Positions 24,391 through 35,230 are shown, counted from the first letter of the stretch. The stretch is 40,747 nt of DNA from Nemertoderma westbladi (GCA_032718475.1 JAUCBJ010000703.1:1-40747); one strand, 5' to 3'. Notes: generated by a model from the sequence alone, not told the origin. A program made the numbers and translations.

Positions 24391-25093
24391 CTGTTTTCTA
24401 AATAACTGAGCTTCAACTTTGTTTATATACTGTAGTTTGTTTATATGCAATATTTCTTATATGAATATGAAATTATATTCTTAATAGTGTTTGTGCATTC
24501 TGGCATTAGTCTGTTGTTAGTATAAGTTCTTTGTTATATATGTTCATATATACAGTAATGCCTCCCATTTCACTATGCGATGGTGAATTGGGTTAGGGTT
24601 TTTTTTTTAATCTTGCCAGTGGGCAAAGTTGTCCTGATTTATGTCAATTTTGCCTAAACTAGTGAACATTCTACAAATTGTAAGACAAAGTTTAGGGAAA
24701 ATATGGCGAAAATGGTGTAATTTGCTATGAAAAAACTGTGATGTGCAAAGTTGTCCACAAGTGGGGCAACTTTGCCCAATGCAGGAATTTTTAAAAAACT
24801 ATATGCAAACACAAAAAAAGCAACATAGTAAAGTTTTATCACATAAAATAATTACTGGAGTACCCTATGGATACATTCATATTGACCTTATTCAAAGTAT
24901 AGACATATTTAACAACCGTCGACGCCATCGACTTTGGGCCAAGTGGGCAAAGTAGCCCCATTTTACAGTACGGTAAATAAATAGAATAGGCCTAGCTTGC
25001 TCGGTATCAATCAATGTATCATAATGATATTATTCCAGGTAAATCGCAGCACAAAGTGTCTAGCATATATAGGGTCTAGTGGGATAGGCCGGG

Positions 25094-25438
25094 TTATTTC
25101 CCTATTTTTCGGAAGTTCCAATGTTGCTGGCACATCGGACATGTCGTATGATTTTTATCCAGCCACTGTTTTAAACAGCAGTTATGGTAACTGTGGTTGC
25201 AGTCCCCCCATACAACAATGCATTCGGTCTTGCCTTCGTCTTTTACCTGACAAGATGCACACGCAGAGGTCATATTATGGCGGCATATCGGGCAGGAATC
25301 GTGCTTGACGTCCCAACTCCACAACGCAACCGCGTTCCATTTCTTCAATGTAAACAACTTCGCGGGCTCGGTAACCTTTACTGGGACATTAGGCCCGTTT
25401 CCTGTTGTAACTCCATCGCCATCACCGTCGATCTCCAT
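25094..25438 (-). CDS. RNF7: RING-box protein, RBX2/RNF7(SAG/ROC2)-like cullin-RING ligase subunit, 114 aa from the first ATG, intronless
   Basis: Contains FTLKKWNAVALWSWDV, CPIC, CASC, ECIVVWGDCNHSYHNCC, CPMC and terminal IGK. The NHSxHNCC, CPxC and IGK features are RBX2-type, not RBX1-type (NHAFHFHC, CPLD). The first ATG (MEIDG) is at 25438. Confidence 0.88.
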   Translation of the reverse strand: MEIDGDGDGVTTGNGPNVPVKVTEPAKLFTLKKWNAVALWSWDVKHDSCPICRHNMTSACASCQVKDEGKTECIVVWGDCNHSYHNCCLKQWLDKNHTTCPMCQQHWNFRKIGK

Positions 25439-26859
25439 CAGGCTGTCAAGGGCAGCCAACACGGCAATAACAGATTCCGGTATATATTTATTTTAAATTT
25501 CAGATTTTAGGTCAGTAGGCTATATACAGCATACAGGCAAAGTTTTACTACAAAATAAATTGCAGTACCGGTACAGTACTGCAGTACTCCCATAGACAGG
25601 TAGATCATACTAATTGCTAAATAGGTGATCCTATCTTGTATTCTACACTCTGCAGGTTGAGGGTAAAACGTAGGGGCCTGCCTACCAGCAGTAAAAATTT
25701 ACAATTTGGGTTGGGTGTCGTTTCAGCATTCCCATAGGGTTAATGTTAAATTAATATGCCAAGAATGTGCCATATGTGCAATGACTATGTGCCAAGAAGT
25801 AAACATTCTACTGTAAACTGTGTTCCTAAATTTAGTTTATTATTTTGGTTAGAAAAGCCTGCCATTCTGACCTGCTACTTTCCTTTAAAATGAACCTTAA
25901 ATGGTAAATTGAATATCGAAATTAAATATTCGCGAAATTAAATTAATATGTTAAAATAGGCTGATCGACATCCCAATTGACTGTTAATTTAGTTTTGAAC
26001 CACTGGTAAATATTTTTTCGTGACAATTATTGCCCCAATTAACAATCGAAAAAATTTAAAAAATAAGACTGCATAGGGAGCCCCCAGTTGAAAATATACT
26101 AGGTAATCAAAAAAGGTTAAAACCGGCCCTGTGTATGTATGTATGTGTGTATGTGTATAGTAACCGTCGACATCATATTCATAAACTCCCAAAATAGTAA
26201 ATCACTCTGAAGTAATTAGCAAATTAGCGGTTGTGTTTTCTGAACCGCAGTAATATTGTACGCGCTTTTGAAGACCTTTAGCAGTTTAACCTGCCAAAAT
26301 TTATATGTCTTTTGGTTTATAAATATACTTTAGAAGAAGACAAATATTTTATACCAATAAACACAACATTAGCAGAAGCCAGCCTAGTGCGCGTCCATTC
26401 ACCCGCTGGATAATCCCGGGAGACTGGATTCTGAGGGCTTAAATTATTATTGCAGTGAAGCTTACTGTATTGTATTATTCGATTGATCGTTAATAATTAA
26501 TTTCTGACTAATATTATTCACTTTCGGGAAATATTAACAGTTCCTTTAGGACGTGGCGCTCTATCTAGATAGACAGAGATATGACTTATACTAATCACAA
26601 CGGTAAGTCGGTAAGGCTTAAGATTCACGTATGAGGCGCATTCTTTAGGAAATGCTTAGTTATCAATCACAATCATGCACACTACCGGTAACACACAATA
26701 CTGCTCACTAATTTGCCGACCGTTAATGAATTTTATCATATATAAAGAGAATAGCAACGGACCAATGTAGTGCTTATCAAATAGCATTAAATTCACTACA
26801 AACCACAACAATATAAGTCGCAATCGCTATATATAACCCGTCTCTCTAACCTGTAGTGT

Positions 26860-27547
26860 ATCAAGAAAATTGGGAAATTTGGGTTCTTTATATATGTTCT
26901 CCAAATAATATTCAACCAAACACAACAGTAAATAGCAGTATAATAATGTATATTGAACCGATAACAACAAAGTATTGAATTGTGAATGAAATTGTTAAGA
27001 ATTGCATTGATATATGAATTGAGTTGATAACAGTCATACGCTCTATAATTTAAGCCTACTAATGTTTCTTCTAAAAGTATGAAACGAATTGACTCTAGAG
27101 CCGTTGTTCCTGGCCTAGACAGCAATAACAACAAAGTATCAAGAAAAAACAGTAAGACTGAACACACTCCTTATGATCGACCGAAAAGCTACACGTCGAC
27201 AGGAAAAATCGCTCTGATTGGCTCAAGCCAAACAAAGAACCATGCGTCCAATGGCTGTTTCCATGTCAGCAACCAGCTGTTAGATGTCGTAATATGAATC
27301 ATCACGGCTAAGCTATGAAAGGTATTTGCCGCATTGCAGGTTTTTTGTCTTACCATGTCCGCTAAAACACGTATATAGCAAAATGACTTTTATGTCCGTT
27401 AAAACACCTGTAACGGTACCTTGAGGGCGAGGGGAATATTTATACAGTTATAGAACCCTTTTAGAGTATTCCAGCGCCTGGGGGGAAACTGGATTGCGAA
27501 GCAAAGGGGCCAGTTATATCCCACATAAGCTTTTACACCGCTCCCAG
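26860..27547 (-). promoter_or_regulatory. Candidate polypurine tract and start of the 3' LTR (U3) of the BEL/Pao element
   Basis: Minus strand reads CTGGGAGCGG then TGTAAAAG (TG at 27537), ~70 bp after the extra ORF's stop. CCAAT motifs lie at ~27217-27221 and ~27248-27252, and minus-strand TATATAAAG at ~26887-26895. No second LTR copy was seen, and the distal end is not defined. Confidence 0.35.
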
Positions 27548-27615
27548 AAAATGGGATTTGAGTCTATAAAATATACAAAATCACAGTTTCTAATATACGT
27601 AAATACTCTAAACAG

Positions 27616-30600
27616 TTAGTCTTTCTTGCGCGGACGGCGTTTACGCAGTTTTTTAAAGCTAGCAAGAGTCCTTTTCTCTTTGGGGCGAGCCACTTTACAA
27701 GGAGGGCTATAACTCCTGGGTGAAGGGTGCAATATGATTGCATCAGAGGGTGTAGGATTATGGTCAGTGTATCCGCCAGTCGAAGTACCGGGTTGATTGA
27801 CGTCAACGTCAGGTGAGAGGGGTCTAACGGCTTTGAGAGCTCGTTTCAAGACAGCCGCTCTTACGGGTCCTTTACGAGTGGTCTGAACGAGGGCCGTGGG
27901 TGGACCATAGACAGTTAGAAACTTCCGGGGTTTAATGGTCCTTTCCAACTCGCGTTCGCGGGCTCGGTATTCGTAAGGCCTTCGATGTACTTCCTGCAAC
28001 TCGGGATGTGAGTTAACAAACAAGTCTCCATAGTCCGGATCCTGACGGATATAATTGATTAAGTTATAGGAATGAAGGTCGCTAGGATTAACACTCCTGA
28101 GAAATTTGCGTACGAATTTAGTTGAAATACATTCTCCGACGCGCTTCAGTAGCTCGTAACTCGATATGCGTGATTTCTGTTCAACAGAAGCGAATAGATA
28201 AGGATGGAACGCATAAACTCCTTCGTAAGCGCGTCCGGGATAATAGCGATGGCGCGAATCACAATGTAAATCAGCGTTCGCTTCCCAAGCTCTGATGTAA
28301 CGCAGTGTGATCATTTCATCTACGCTTTCCAAATCGTGATTAAAAGGGCAGTCGAAACTAGCATGTCCCTTTAGTTGACAATGGTGACATTGAGTCATAA
28401 ATTGAGGGCAAACCGCAAAGATATGCAGGTTATTGAGTCTGCAATATGCGCAATAAATTTCCATAGTCGGTTGTTCTTGGAAATAGGAACAGCGGACGTT
28501 GGTGTCCATGGGCGTATCGTGGTCTCTTGAGGCGCATAACCGACAACGTTGCCTAGAAACATAGTTGGCATGGCGATAATCGTACGCAGTGAGACACTGT
28601 GGGCCTTGATACCATTCTATGATGTAATCGTTGTCGCTGGTCCGGGGCGCGATAGGCTGAATCTCTTCAGATTCTAGACATATTGGTTCGTCTTCCAAGT
28701 GCATAGCTGAAGTAGGCGTGTCTGTCTCTTCAGGTGGACCTATCGTCTGAATTTCCACGACAGAATAACCTGTGGGGATTCGAGGTCTTTGTATAACTGA
28801 GGAGTGCAAGTTCGATATACAAATCTCTTGGAAAATGGCGAATCCAGCGCTATCCAACTTCTCTGCAGCTGAGTTTCTTAGGCTGAGTTTGGTCAAAGCG
28901 CGGTCTTTAAATTGGCTATCCACGTTGCGAAACGGGGTTAAAAATCGCCGGAAACATTCGAAACGGATGAATTTATTATGTTCATCTAGCTTGGCGAGTT
29001 TGGTCCCAAGTATTAATGGATGGGCACGTATAGTACGACTGCACACATCGGCTAGCCAACCGGCAAGTGCGGTGTTTTCAAAGATCGTGTATATAGCTAA
29101 GGAGGGACGGAGTGGAACACTCATGAAGCTATACACGGCGCCAGGTGCGGTCAATGGTCCATCAAAGTATAATCGAGAATAATGGTCTCCGTATACCTGT
29201 TGATAGTTAATGGGATTTCCGACCTTGAAATTCCATCCGTATTCCTGAAAGGCAAGATGTCCGATGGAAGTTCGTTGCACCTTGGTAATGTTGCTAGACG
29301 TATTAGCATACATGGTGCGGAAGAAACCTCGACCTTCTGCCCAGGGAGCAATCAGCTGAGTATCAACGAAAGGGTATGGAATGTCCTCCATATTCCGAAA
29401 GTCGTTTTGGAGATCTCCATAAACAGCTGAGCCGATTTTAAGGATTCTTTCGTTGAACAACATCTCGAGTACGGGCTGGGGTAACATCGATCCATCGATG
29501 CCCATGGCCAGTTTGCGTTCGGTGTCAATGACGTAACGCTGCGCGAGTTCGAATTGTCCATGTCGGAGATTATTTTGTGTTTCGGTGAGAGTTTCAAAAG
29601 AATAATCAATCAAGTCGGAACACGCTCGAGTAAACACGTGGGTAGAACCAGCTAATCCGCGGATGTGGATCATGCGCGTAGTTCCTAGCTCTCTGACCGG
29701 AACGCTACCTTCATTATCGTAGGTGACAACTCCATACATCTCGATAACATTAAGAGTTTCATTCCACTCCTTGGTGGGGTTCTCTAGGGTCATCCCTACT
29801 GGATGCCACAAGGTGGCGCATTGGTTAGCGTCAGGGAGATCACTATACTTCATATGCCGAGTGGTATACGTCTCCACAGTTCCATATCTTTGTATTTTCT
29901 CTTCTTCAAATAATACATCTAGATTCCAATGGACTAATCGAGTTTTAATAAATCCATCGAGGTTATAAGGAGTTTCTATATCTTTCTCGATTCGCGAAAT
30001 GTTATATGGTTTTCTAAATGAGTTTACCTTTACTAACTGATCCAGATGTTTCTGCAATTGTTCGAGTTCGACAATGTCTAGAGGATTTATTAGTGGTAGA
30101 AACTTTAAATCATGTGTCGGGTCTTCTGGTTTTACCATATAATATTGAGTCAGATTAACGTAATAAGGGTGGTCTTTAATCCCGTAAAACGAGTTCTGTA
30201 AAGGTCTAGCGCGTATGTTGACATCGTGTACCATACGACGGACAAGATCCGCTCGATTGTCCGGAGGTTCAACGAGTATACCGTCAACACGAGCGGCCTC
30301 GATCGGCGGACGCTGTAACATAGGGGCGTCAGCGATAAGGTTTTGCGATCCTGTACTGATATCAACCGGTTGAGGTTGTATCGTCGCGAAGAGCTTGTCT
30401 CCGAAATGTGGGATCATAGAGGGATGACGAACGGTTTTAGAGTAGAGGTCCGTCATGAGAATTTGAGCTTCAGGTTGGGCTAAAGCGGCTTCTTCTCTTT
30501 CTTCCAGTTTCGTGTGTTTCTCTTCGATTAGATTTTCTTCCGCTTGTCTCTGTAAGCGTTCATCTAAAAATTCTTGTAGAGAATACGTGCGTCCAAGCTC

Positions 30601-30909
30601 GATGTCTTCCTCGAGGTTTTGGATTTCTCTATCGAACTGTGGCAAGGCTAACTCCTTCACCGATTGGACTTGTTGTTGTAATTTACGTTTCTCTAAACAA
30701 TCTTGTGTTCCCTTTCCGATTTTCTGTCGAATGGCGTCTAAAGCGTTTCTTATAACACTCTCCTCGACTTCCGTGGCGGGTTGTATCGGGTTTAATCCTG
30801 GACGATTGTAAGGATCAAAGGGCGATATTAGCTGCCCGATATTAGTGCTACGATATCTTAATCGACTAGAATTGTTAACGGATCTGAATTTTACAGATTT
30901 TAATAAATA
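27616..30909 (-). CDS. Accessory ORF downstream of pol: DEDDy (WRN/EXD/Mut-7-type) 3'-5' exonuclease-like domain, Cys/His zinc knuckles and basic C-terminus
   Basis: The listed ORF is 27616..30660 with a GTG start, but the frame stays open to 30909. ExoI-like VVTYDNEG; ExoII-like LPQPVLEMLFNERILKIGSAVYGDLQNDF; FVDTQLIA; SIGHLA; ExoIII-like VPLRPSLAIYTIFE. Knuckle CHHCQLKGHASFDC plus two variant knuckles. Confidence 0.75.
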   Translation of the reverse strand, partial: YLLKSVKFRSVNNSSRLRYRSTNIGQLISPFDPYNRPGLNPIQPATEVEESVIRNALDAIRQKIGKGTQDCLEKRKLQQQVQSVKELALPQFDREIQNLEEDIELGRTYSLQEFLDERLQRQAEENLIEEKHTKLEEREEAALAQPEAQILMTDLYSKTVRHPSMIPHFGDKLFATIQPQPVDISTGSQNLIADAPMLQRPPIEAARVDGILVEPPDNRADLVRRMVHDVNIRARPLQNSFYGIKDHPYYVNLTQYYMVKPEDPTHDLKFLPLINPLDIVELEQLQKHLDQLVKVNSFRKPYNISRIEKDIETPYNLDGFIKTRLVHWNLDVLFEEEKIQRYGTVETYTTRHMKYSDLPDANQCATLWHPVGMTLENPTKEWNETLNVIEMYGVVTYDNEGSVPVRELGTTRMIHIRGLAGSTHVFTRACSDLIDYSFETLTETQNNLRHGQFELAQRYVIDTERKLAMGIDGSMLPQPVLEMLFNERILKIGSAVYGDLQNDFRNMEDIPYPFVDTQLIAPWAEGRGFFRTMYANTSSNITKVQRTSIGHLAFQEYGWNFKVGNPINYQQVYGDHYSRLYFDGPLTAPGAVYSFMSVPLRPSLAIYTIFENTALAGWLADVCSRTIRAHPLILGTKLAKLDEHNKFIRFECFRRFLTPFRNVDSQFKDRALTKLSLRNSAAEKLDSAGFAIFQEICISNLHSSVIQRPRIPTGYSVVEIQTIGPPEETDTPTSAMHLEDEPICLESEEIQPIAPRTSDNDYIIEWYQGPQCLTAYDYRHANYVSRQRCRLCASRDHDTPMDTNVRCSYFQEQPTMEIYCAYCRLNNLHIFAVCPQFMTQCHHCQLKGHASFDCPFNHDLESVDEMITLRYIRAWEANADLHCDSRHRYYPGRAYEGVYAFHPYLFASVEQKSRISSYELLKRVGECISTKFVRKFLRSVNPSDLHSYNLINYIRQDPDYGDLFVNSHPELQEVHRRPYEYRARERELERTIKPRKFLTVYGPPTALVQTTRKGPVRAAVLKRALKAVRPLSPDVDVNQPGTSTGGYTDHNPTPSDAIILHPSPRSYSPPCKVARPKEKRTLASFKKLRKRRPRKKD

Positions 30910-31580
30910 TTAAATTAATATTTAAGATGGGCACCGATTTATTCCAGAACTTGTCTGGGGACGTTAACCATTGATTCTAGAATTTGTCTTTCAAGTATAT
31001 CGGTGGGTGCCACGATATCTTAATCGACTAGAATTACAGATGGTCAAAAGATTTAACAGATTTATTTGCGTTTTACGCTACTGTTAGAGGGACATCACGC
31101 TACTATATGTATTATTTAATATAAGGTAGAAGAGCAATATCGCACGAAGCAATGTCAGTGTGAAGAGGCAAGTCGTTTCCAAGGTCTACCCAGAGCTTGG
31201 CTTAGCCGAGACACGAGGATCTGAACTTTGCATTCCTAATACTCTGCCTACCGATAATACTTGAATATAGTAGTGGCTTTATTGTACTTTAATAAGTACG
31301 GACATTTCATCTTACTGTAGTCACGTATTTATAATATGATACGGACAGTAAGGAAAGAGAAAAAATTATTTCTCGCCGTCGCACTAAATATATATTATAA
31401 GTAATTACGTACGTAATAAACACTAATATATTGCACTAATCTACTAAATAATCACTAAAATAGCATTCTACTAAATAAAATTGAATAAAAACGATTATAA
31501 TAAAGTACATAATAAAGTTCACATACAAAAATATAACAAAATATATAAAATAATATAGTCATACACCCACTCCAGACGTA

Positions 31581-34500
31581 TCACATTAGGGAGTCCCTAG
31601 ATGTTTGAGGAATTAGGGAGGTGGTCGTGGGAAGAGTGTCTTGCCTTCCATAGTTTCCAGAGAGTTCTCTGTCTCTTTCCAGTAAACATAAACGACCAAC
31701 TGGGCGATTGAGTTGTTGCGTCTCAAAGATGATGCCTGGCTTCTTGAAGTTACGCCGCATGATGATGAGTTCTACTGAGCGTACTAAACCATCATCTGAA
31801 ATGTGTGTCTCGATGATACGACCTGTCTGCCACCGTTTACGTGGGAGGTCTGGATCTACAATAAGCACCATATCTCCGGCGCTGACGTTTTCTTGCTGCG
31901 CAAACCACTTAGTTCGAAGTTGTAGCGTGGGCAGATAATGTTTCTCGAAATGGTCAGCGAAACGACGGGATAGCAACTGCATAAGTTGCCAAGTTCGACG
32001 GCAGTATTCGTCTCCGTCGGCAATCTCCGATCGTGGGAGCATGGCTACGGGTTTCTTCAGTAGGAAGTGCGCGGGTGTTAGCGCTTCCAGGGAATCGGGA
32101 CTCGATGAGACTGGCATAAGCGGTCTCTCGTTGAGATAGGCAGCGATTTCCTCCATTAACGTCCGCAAAAGTTCGTCGGTGAGATACGCGCGGCATGGCA
32201 CTATAAAGTGAAATGCGGTTTTGACACTTCGAATTAATCTCTCCCAACTTCCTCCCCACCAAGGGGCGTCGGCGGCGTTGAAGGTCCAGCTAGACGCTGT
32301 TATCCTTAGCTGGTCGTCCACCTGTCTTTGGTTCCAGTCCTTCACGTAAGCCTGTATCTCGTTGTTGGCACCTATGAAGTTCGTTCCTTTATCCGATCTC
32401 ATGGTATTACTCGTCCCGAAGCGAGCGATCTGTCGTCGTAAACTTAAGACGAAGCTGTTGGTAGATAGATCGTTCACCATATCGAGATGGATGGCTCTAC
32501 AAGTCATGCACACGAAGATGACACACCATCTCTTGACTATAGTCCTCGCACGATATACTTCAATAGGGCCAAATAAATCTACACCAGTATTAGTAAAAGG
32601 TGGTTCATAGAAGCTTACTCGTTCCCTAGGTAATTCTGCCTCTCGCTGTGTTAAAGGCCTACTGAATGCTTTCCTACAGGGTATGCAGTTCCTAAGAACT
32701 TGGTTCAGAGCTCTACGGGGTTTATCAAAATAATAGCGAGTTCGAATTTCGCTAAGAATTCGTTCTCTACCAGCATGGTAAAGTTTACTGTGAACGTCTA
32801 CAATCATCTTGATTTGTACTTCAAGATTTCTAATAAGTATGGGGAATTTGGTGTCAAAGGATAAGGGCGCGTTGGTGAGTCTTCCTCCAACACGTATTAA
32901 CCCATCTATCATTGTGCTCGAGAATCGATCCCTTAAGCGCATCTGCGGATTTCTCAACAACAGGAAGTACTTTTCGGAATCCTCATAGCATTGCAGGAGT
33001 CTCAGTATCTGTTTATTTGTTTCTTCATACTCCTGGTGACTGATTTTCTCTTTTAGAAAACGATCAGATATCTTATATTTGGGTAAATTCTTAATAACAT
33101 GAACTTGTGCAGATGTCAATGGAGCGTGATCACTAGTGGTCTTCGTCCTGGAGTAGTGATGATGGAAACATCGTCTTAAATATGTGACGGCCTTACAGAG
33201 CCGATTCCAGGAACTGTAATGATGCATTGCTCTCTGCAGCATGGGTGAGATTCCTTGCGAGACGTCTGGTATTCCAGATTTCCAATCTCTATCTCTAATT
33301 TCCACAACAGACTTATTTGTGTTGAGGGATTGTGGATCCGAAACATCATTCCCGGAAGTATGTAATACAGATAGATCGATAGTCGGTTTAAATAACTTCG
33401 ATTTACTCGCCCGGGTTTTAGGTTTGACGGTCTCCGCTCCCTTGGCTTGTCTAATCTCTGCCGTAGTAAGGTGAGGAGGCCATTCATCCTCTTCCTTGCT
33501 CAGGAAGTCGGGTCCACCCAACCAATCTGGAGTATCTATCAGTTCCTGTGGAGTTGCTCCCCTGGAGGCGATATCGGCTGGATTAATCGTACCAGGGCAA
33601 TGTCTCCATTGATCTATCTTTGTGCGACTAAGAATAATAGCTACTCGGTTAGTAACAAAAACGCTAAACTGACAGACTTCATTGGTTAGATACTCCAACA
33701 CGAGTAAAGCGTCGGTCCAATAAACCGTTTTCTCCAGTTGATAGTCGATTTGTTCCGTTACGTTCCGGCCGATGGCTGTAGCGTATAAAGCTGCCTTTAA
33801 CTCCGCTCGAGGAACCTTTAGCTTGTTGTTAATCAATGCCTTAGAGGTAACCAAGGCGACTTTGATTCCATCCGGAGTTTCGACTCGCAGATATGCTACT
33901 ATACCTATTCCCATGTCGCTGGCGTCTCCAAACACATGGAGTTGATAGGAATACGTAGGAAGAACATGGCCAAAATATGCACGGGAAATTATAAAGTTCT
34001 CGATGGCAGGTAGAGAATCTTCCCATTTCATCCATTTCTTCAACAATTCTCCCTTAAGCGTATCGTCCCATGAGTGGTTTTCAAGCCACATCTGTTGTAC
34101 TAAACTCCGAGCAATCAATATAACTGGGCTAATAAATCCCAATGGGTCGAAATAAGTGCTCAGGATACTTAAACAAATCCGTTTGGTCCGAACTGGATTA
34201 TCTCGCTGTTTCAACTGAAAAAACAGGATGTCTCTTTCAGTGTCCCACTTCAAGCCTAGCGTCTTGGTTTCAGGAAGATCGTCCTTTATTAAGTCTAGGT
34301 CTTTCGCTCCGCGATCTTCTACCGGTATGGCTTCCAGAAACTCGCGGGAGTTGCTAGTGAATTTCGTCAGTCGAAATCCACCTCTTTTCAAACACTCTAC
34401 CGTTCCTTTCGCGACAGCTATGGCTTCTTCTACTGATGGAAGGGACCTTAAATTGTCGTCCATGTATATATTGCGTTTTATGTTGTCTATCACTTCTTTG

Positions 34501-35230
34501 GAGAAGGAGTCTCGGTTATCATTAGCAGTGGTTCGCACCACGGAGCAGGCGTTGGAAGGGCTTGATATGATCCCAAAAGCCTGGATGGTCATCCAGTACT
34601 CTACCGGTTTCTGGTTGAGGTCTCCTTCAGGCCACCACAGAAATCTCAGGCTGTCTCTATCTCTATCCAGCGCCTTGACTTGTAAGAACATTCCTTCTAT
34701 ATCAGAGGCGAACGCGATGGAATATTGTCTTAATCTTAATAGTATTCCCAACAAAGATTGGAGTAAGTTGGGTCCTGGTAACAACTCGGAATTGAGGGAT
34801 TGGCCCATATATAGCGCAGAGCCATCGAATACGACTCGGACTTCATGGGGTTTACCGGGTTTGGGAACGTAATGATGTGTTAAGTAATACGTTCTCTCCG
34901 TCACTGGTGTTCCTTCCGGTACTCGCTCCGCGTATCCCTTTGTTATAAATTTCTTCAGCTGAGTTTGGTACATTTCTTTCGCTGAAGCATAAGCTGTAAG
35001 GCGTCGATATAATTGAGCGATTCTTTTCTCTGCCAAGGGTCTGTTATTTATAAATCTAGGTTCTCGTTTTCGAAATGGTAGGCCGATTTCATACCTACCT
35101 TGGTCCTTTAAAAAACGTGTAGTTGTTTCCTGGATTTGCTTGGCTCTTTCTTCTTCTATCGATAGAGCCTTATCATATGAATTGGGCTCTACCAGTTCCT
35201 TTGTAAGCGATGGGTTCCGATGGGTGAATC
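31581..35230 (-). CDS. pol: BEL/Pao pol: reverse transcriptase, RNase H, integrase
   Basis: RT: VRVVFDGS, LNSELLPGPNL, DIEGMFLQV, YMDD. RNase H region: LHVFGDAS, PRAEL, YWTD, NPADIASRG. Integrase: HSKLYHAG..CIPC, GVDLFGP, SDKGTNF, GGSWERLIRSVK, PRKRWQTGRI. The frame extends upstream of 35036 through GRYEIGLPF to ~35230. Confidence 0.96.

Larger units (their letters stand above)
21183..24968 (+). mobile_element. pogo-family (IS630-Tc1-mariner/pogo) DNA transposon, ~3.8 kb, with both ends present
   Basis: Left TIR CCGTAAAATGGGGCTACTTTGCCCA (21183-21207) matches the right TIR TGGGCAAAGTAGCCCCATTTTACAG (24944-24968) at 24/25. TA flanks both sides (21181-21182, 24969-24970). An internal DDE_1-type transposase is present. 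Confidence 0.93.

Noticed and set aside
27616-30660. env glycoprotein
   Set aside because: There is no evident signal peptide or transmembrane segment. Nuclease-like motifs and zinc knuckles are present instead.
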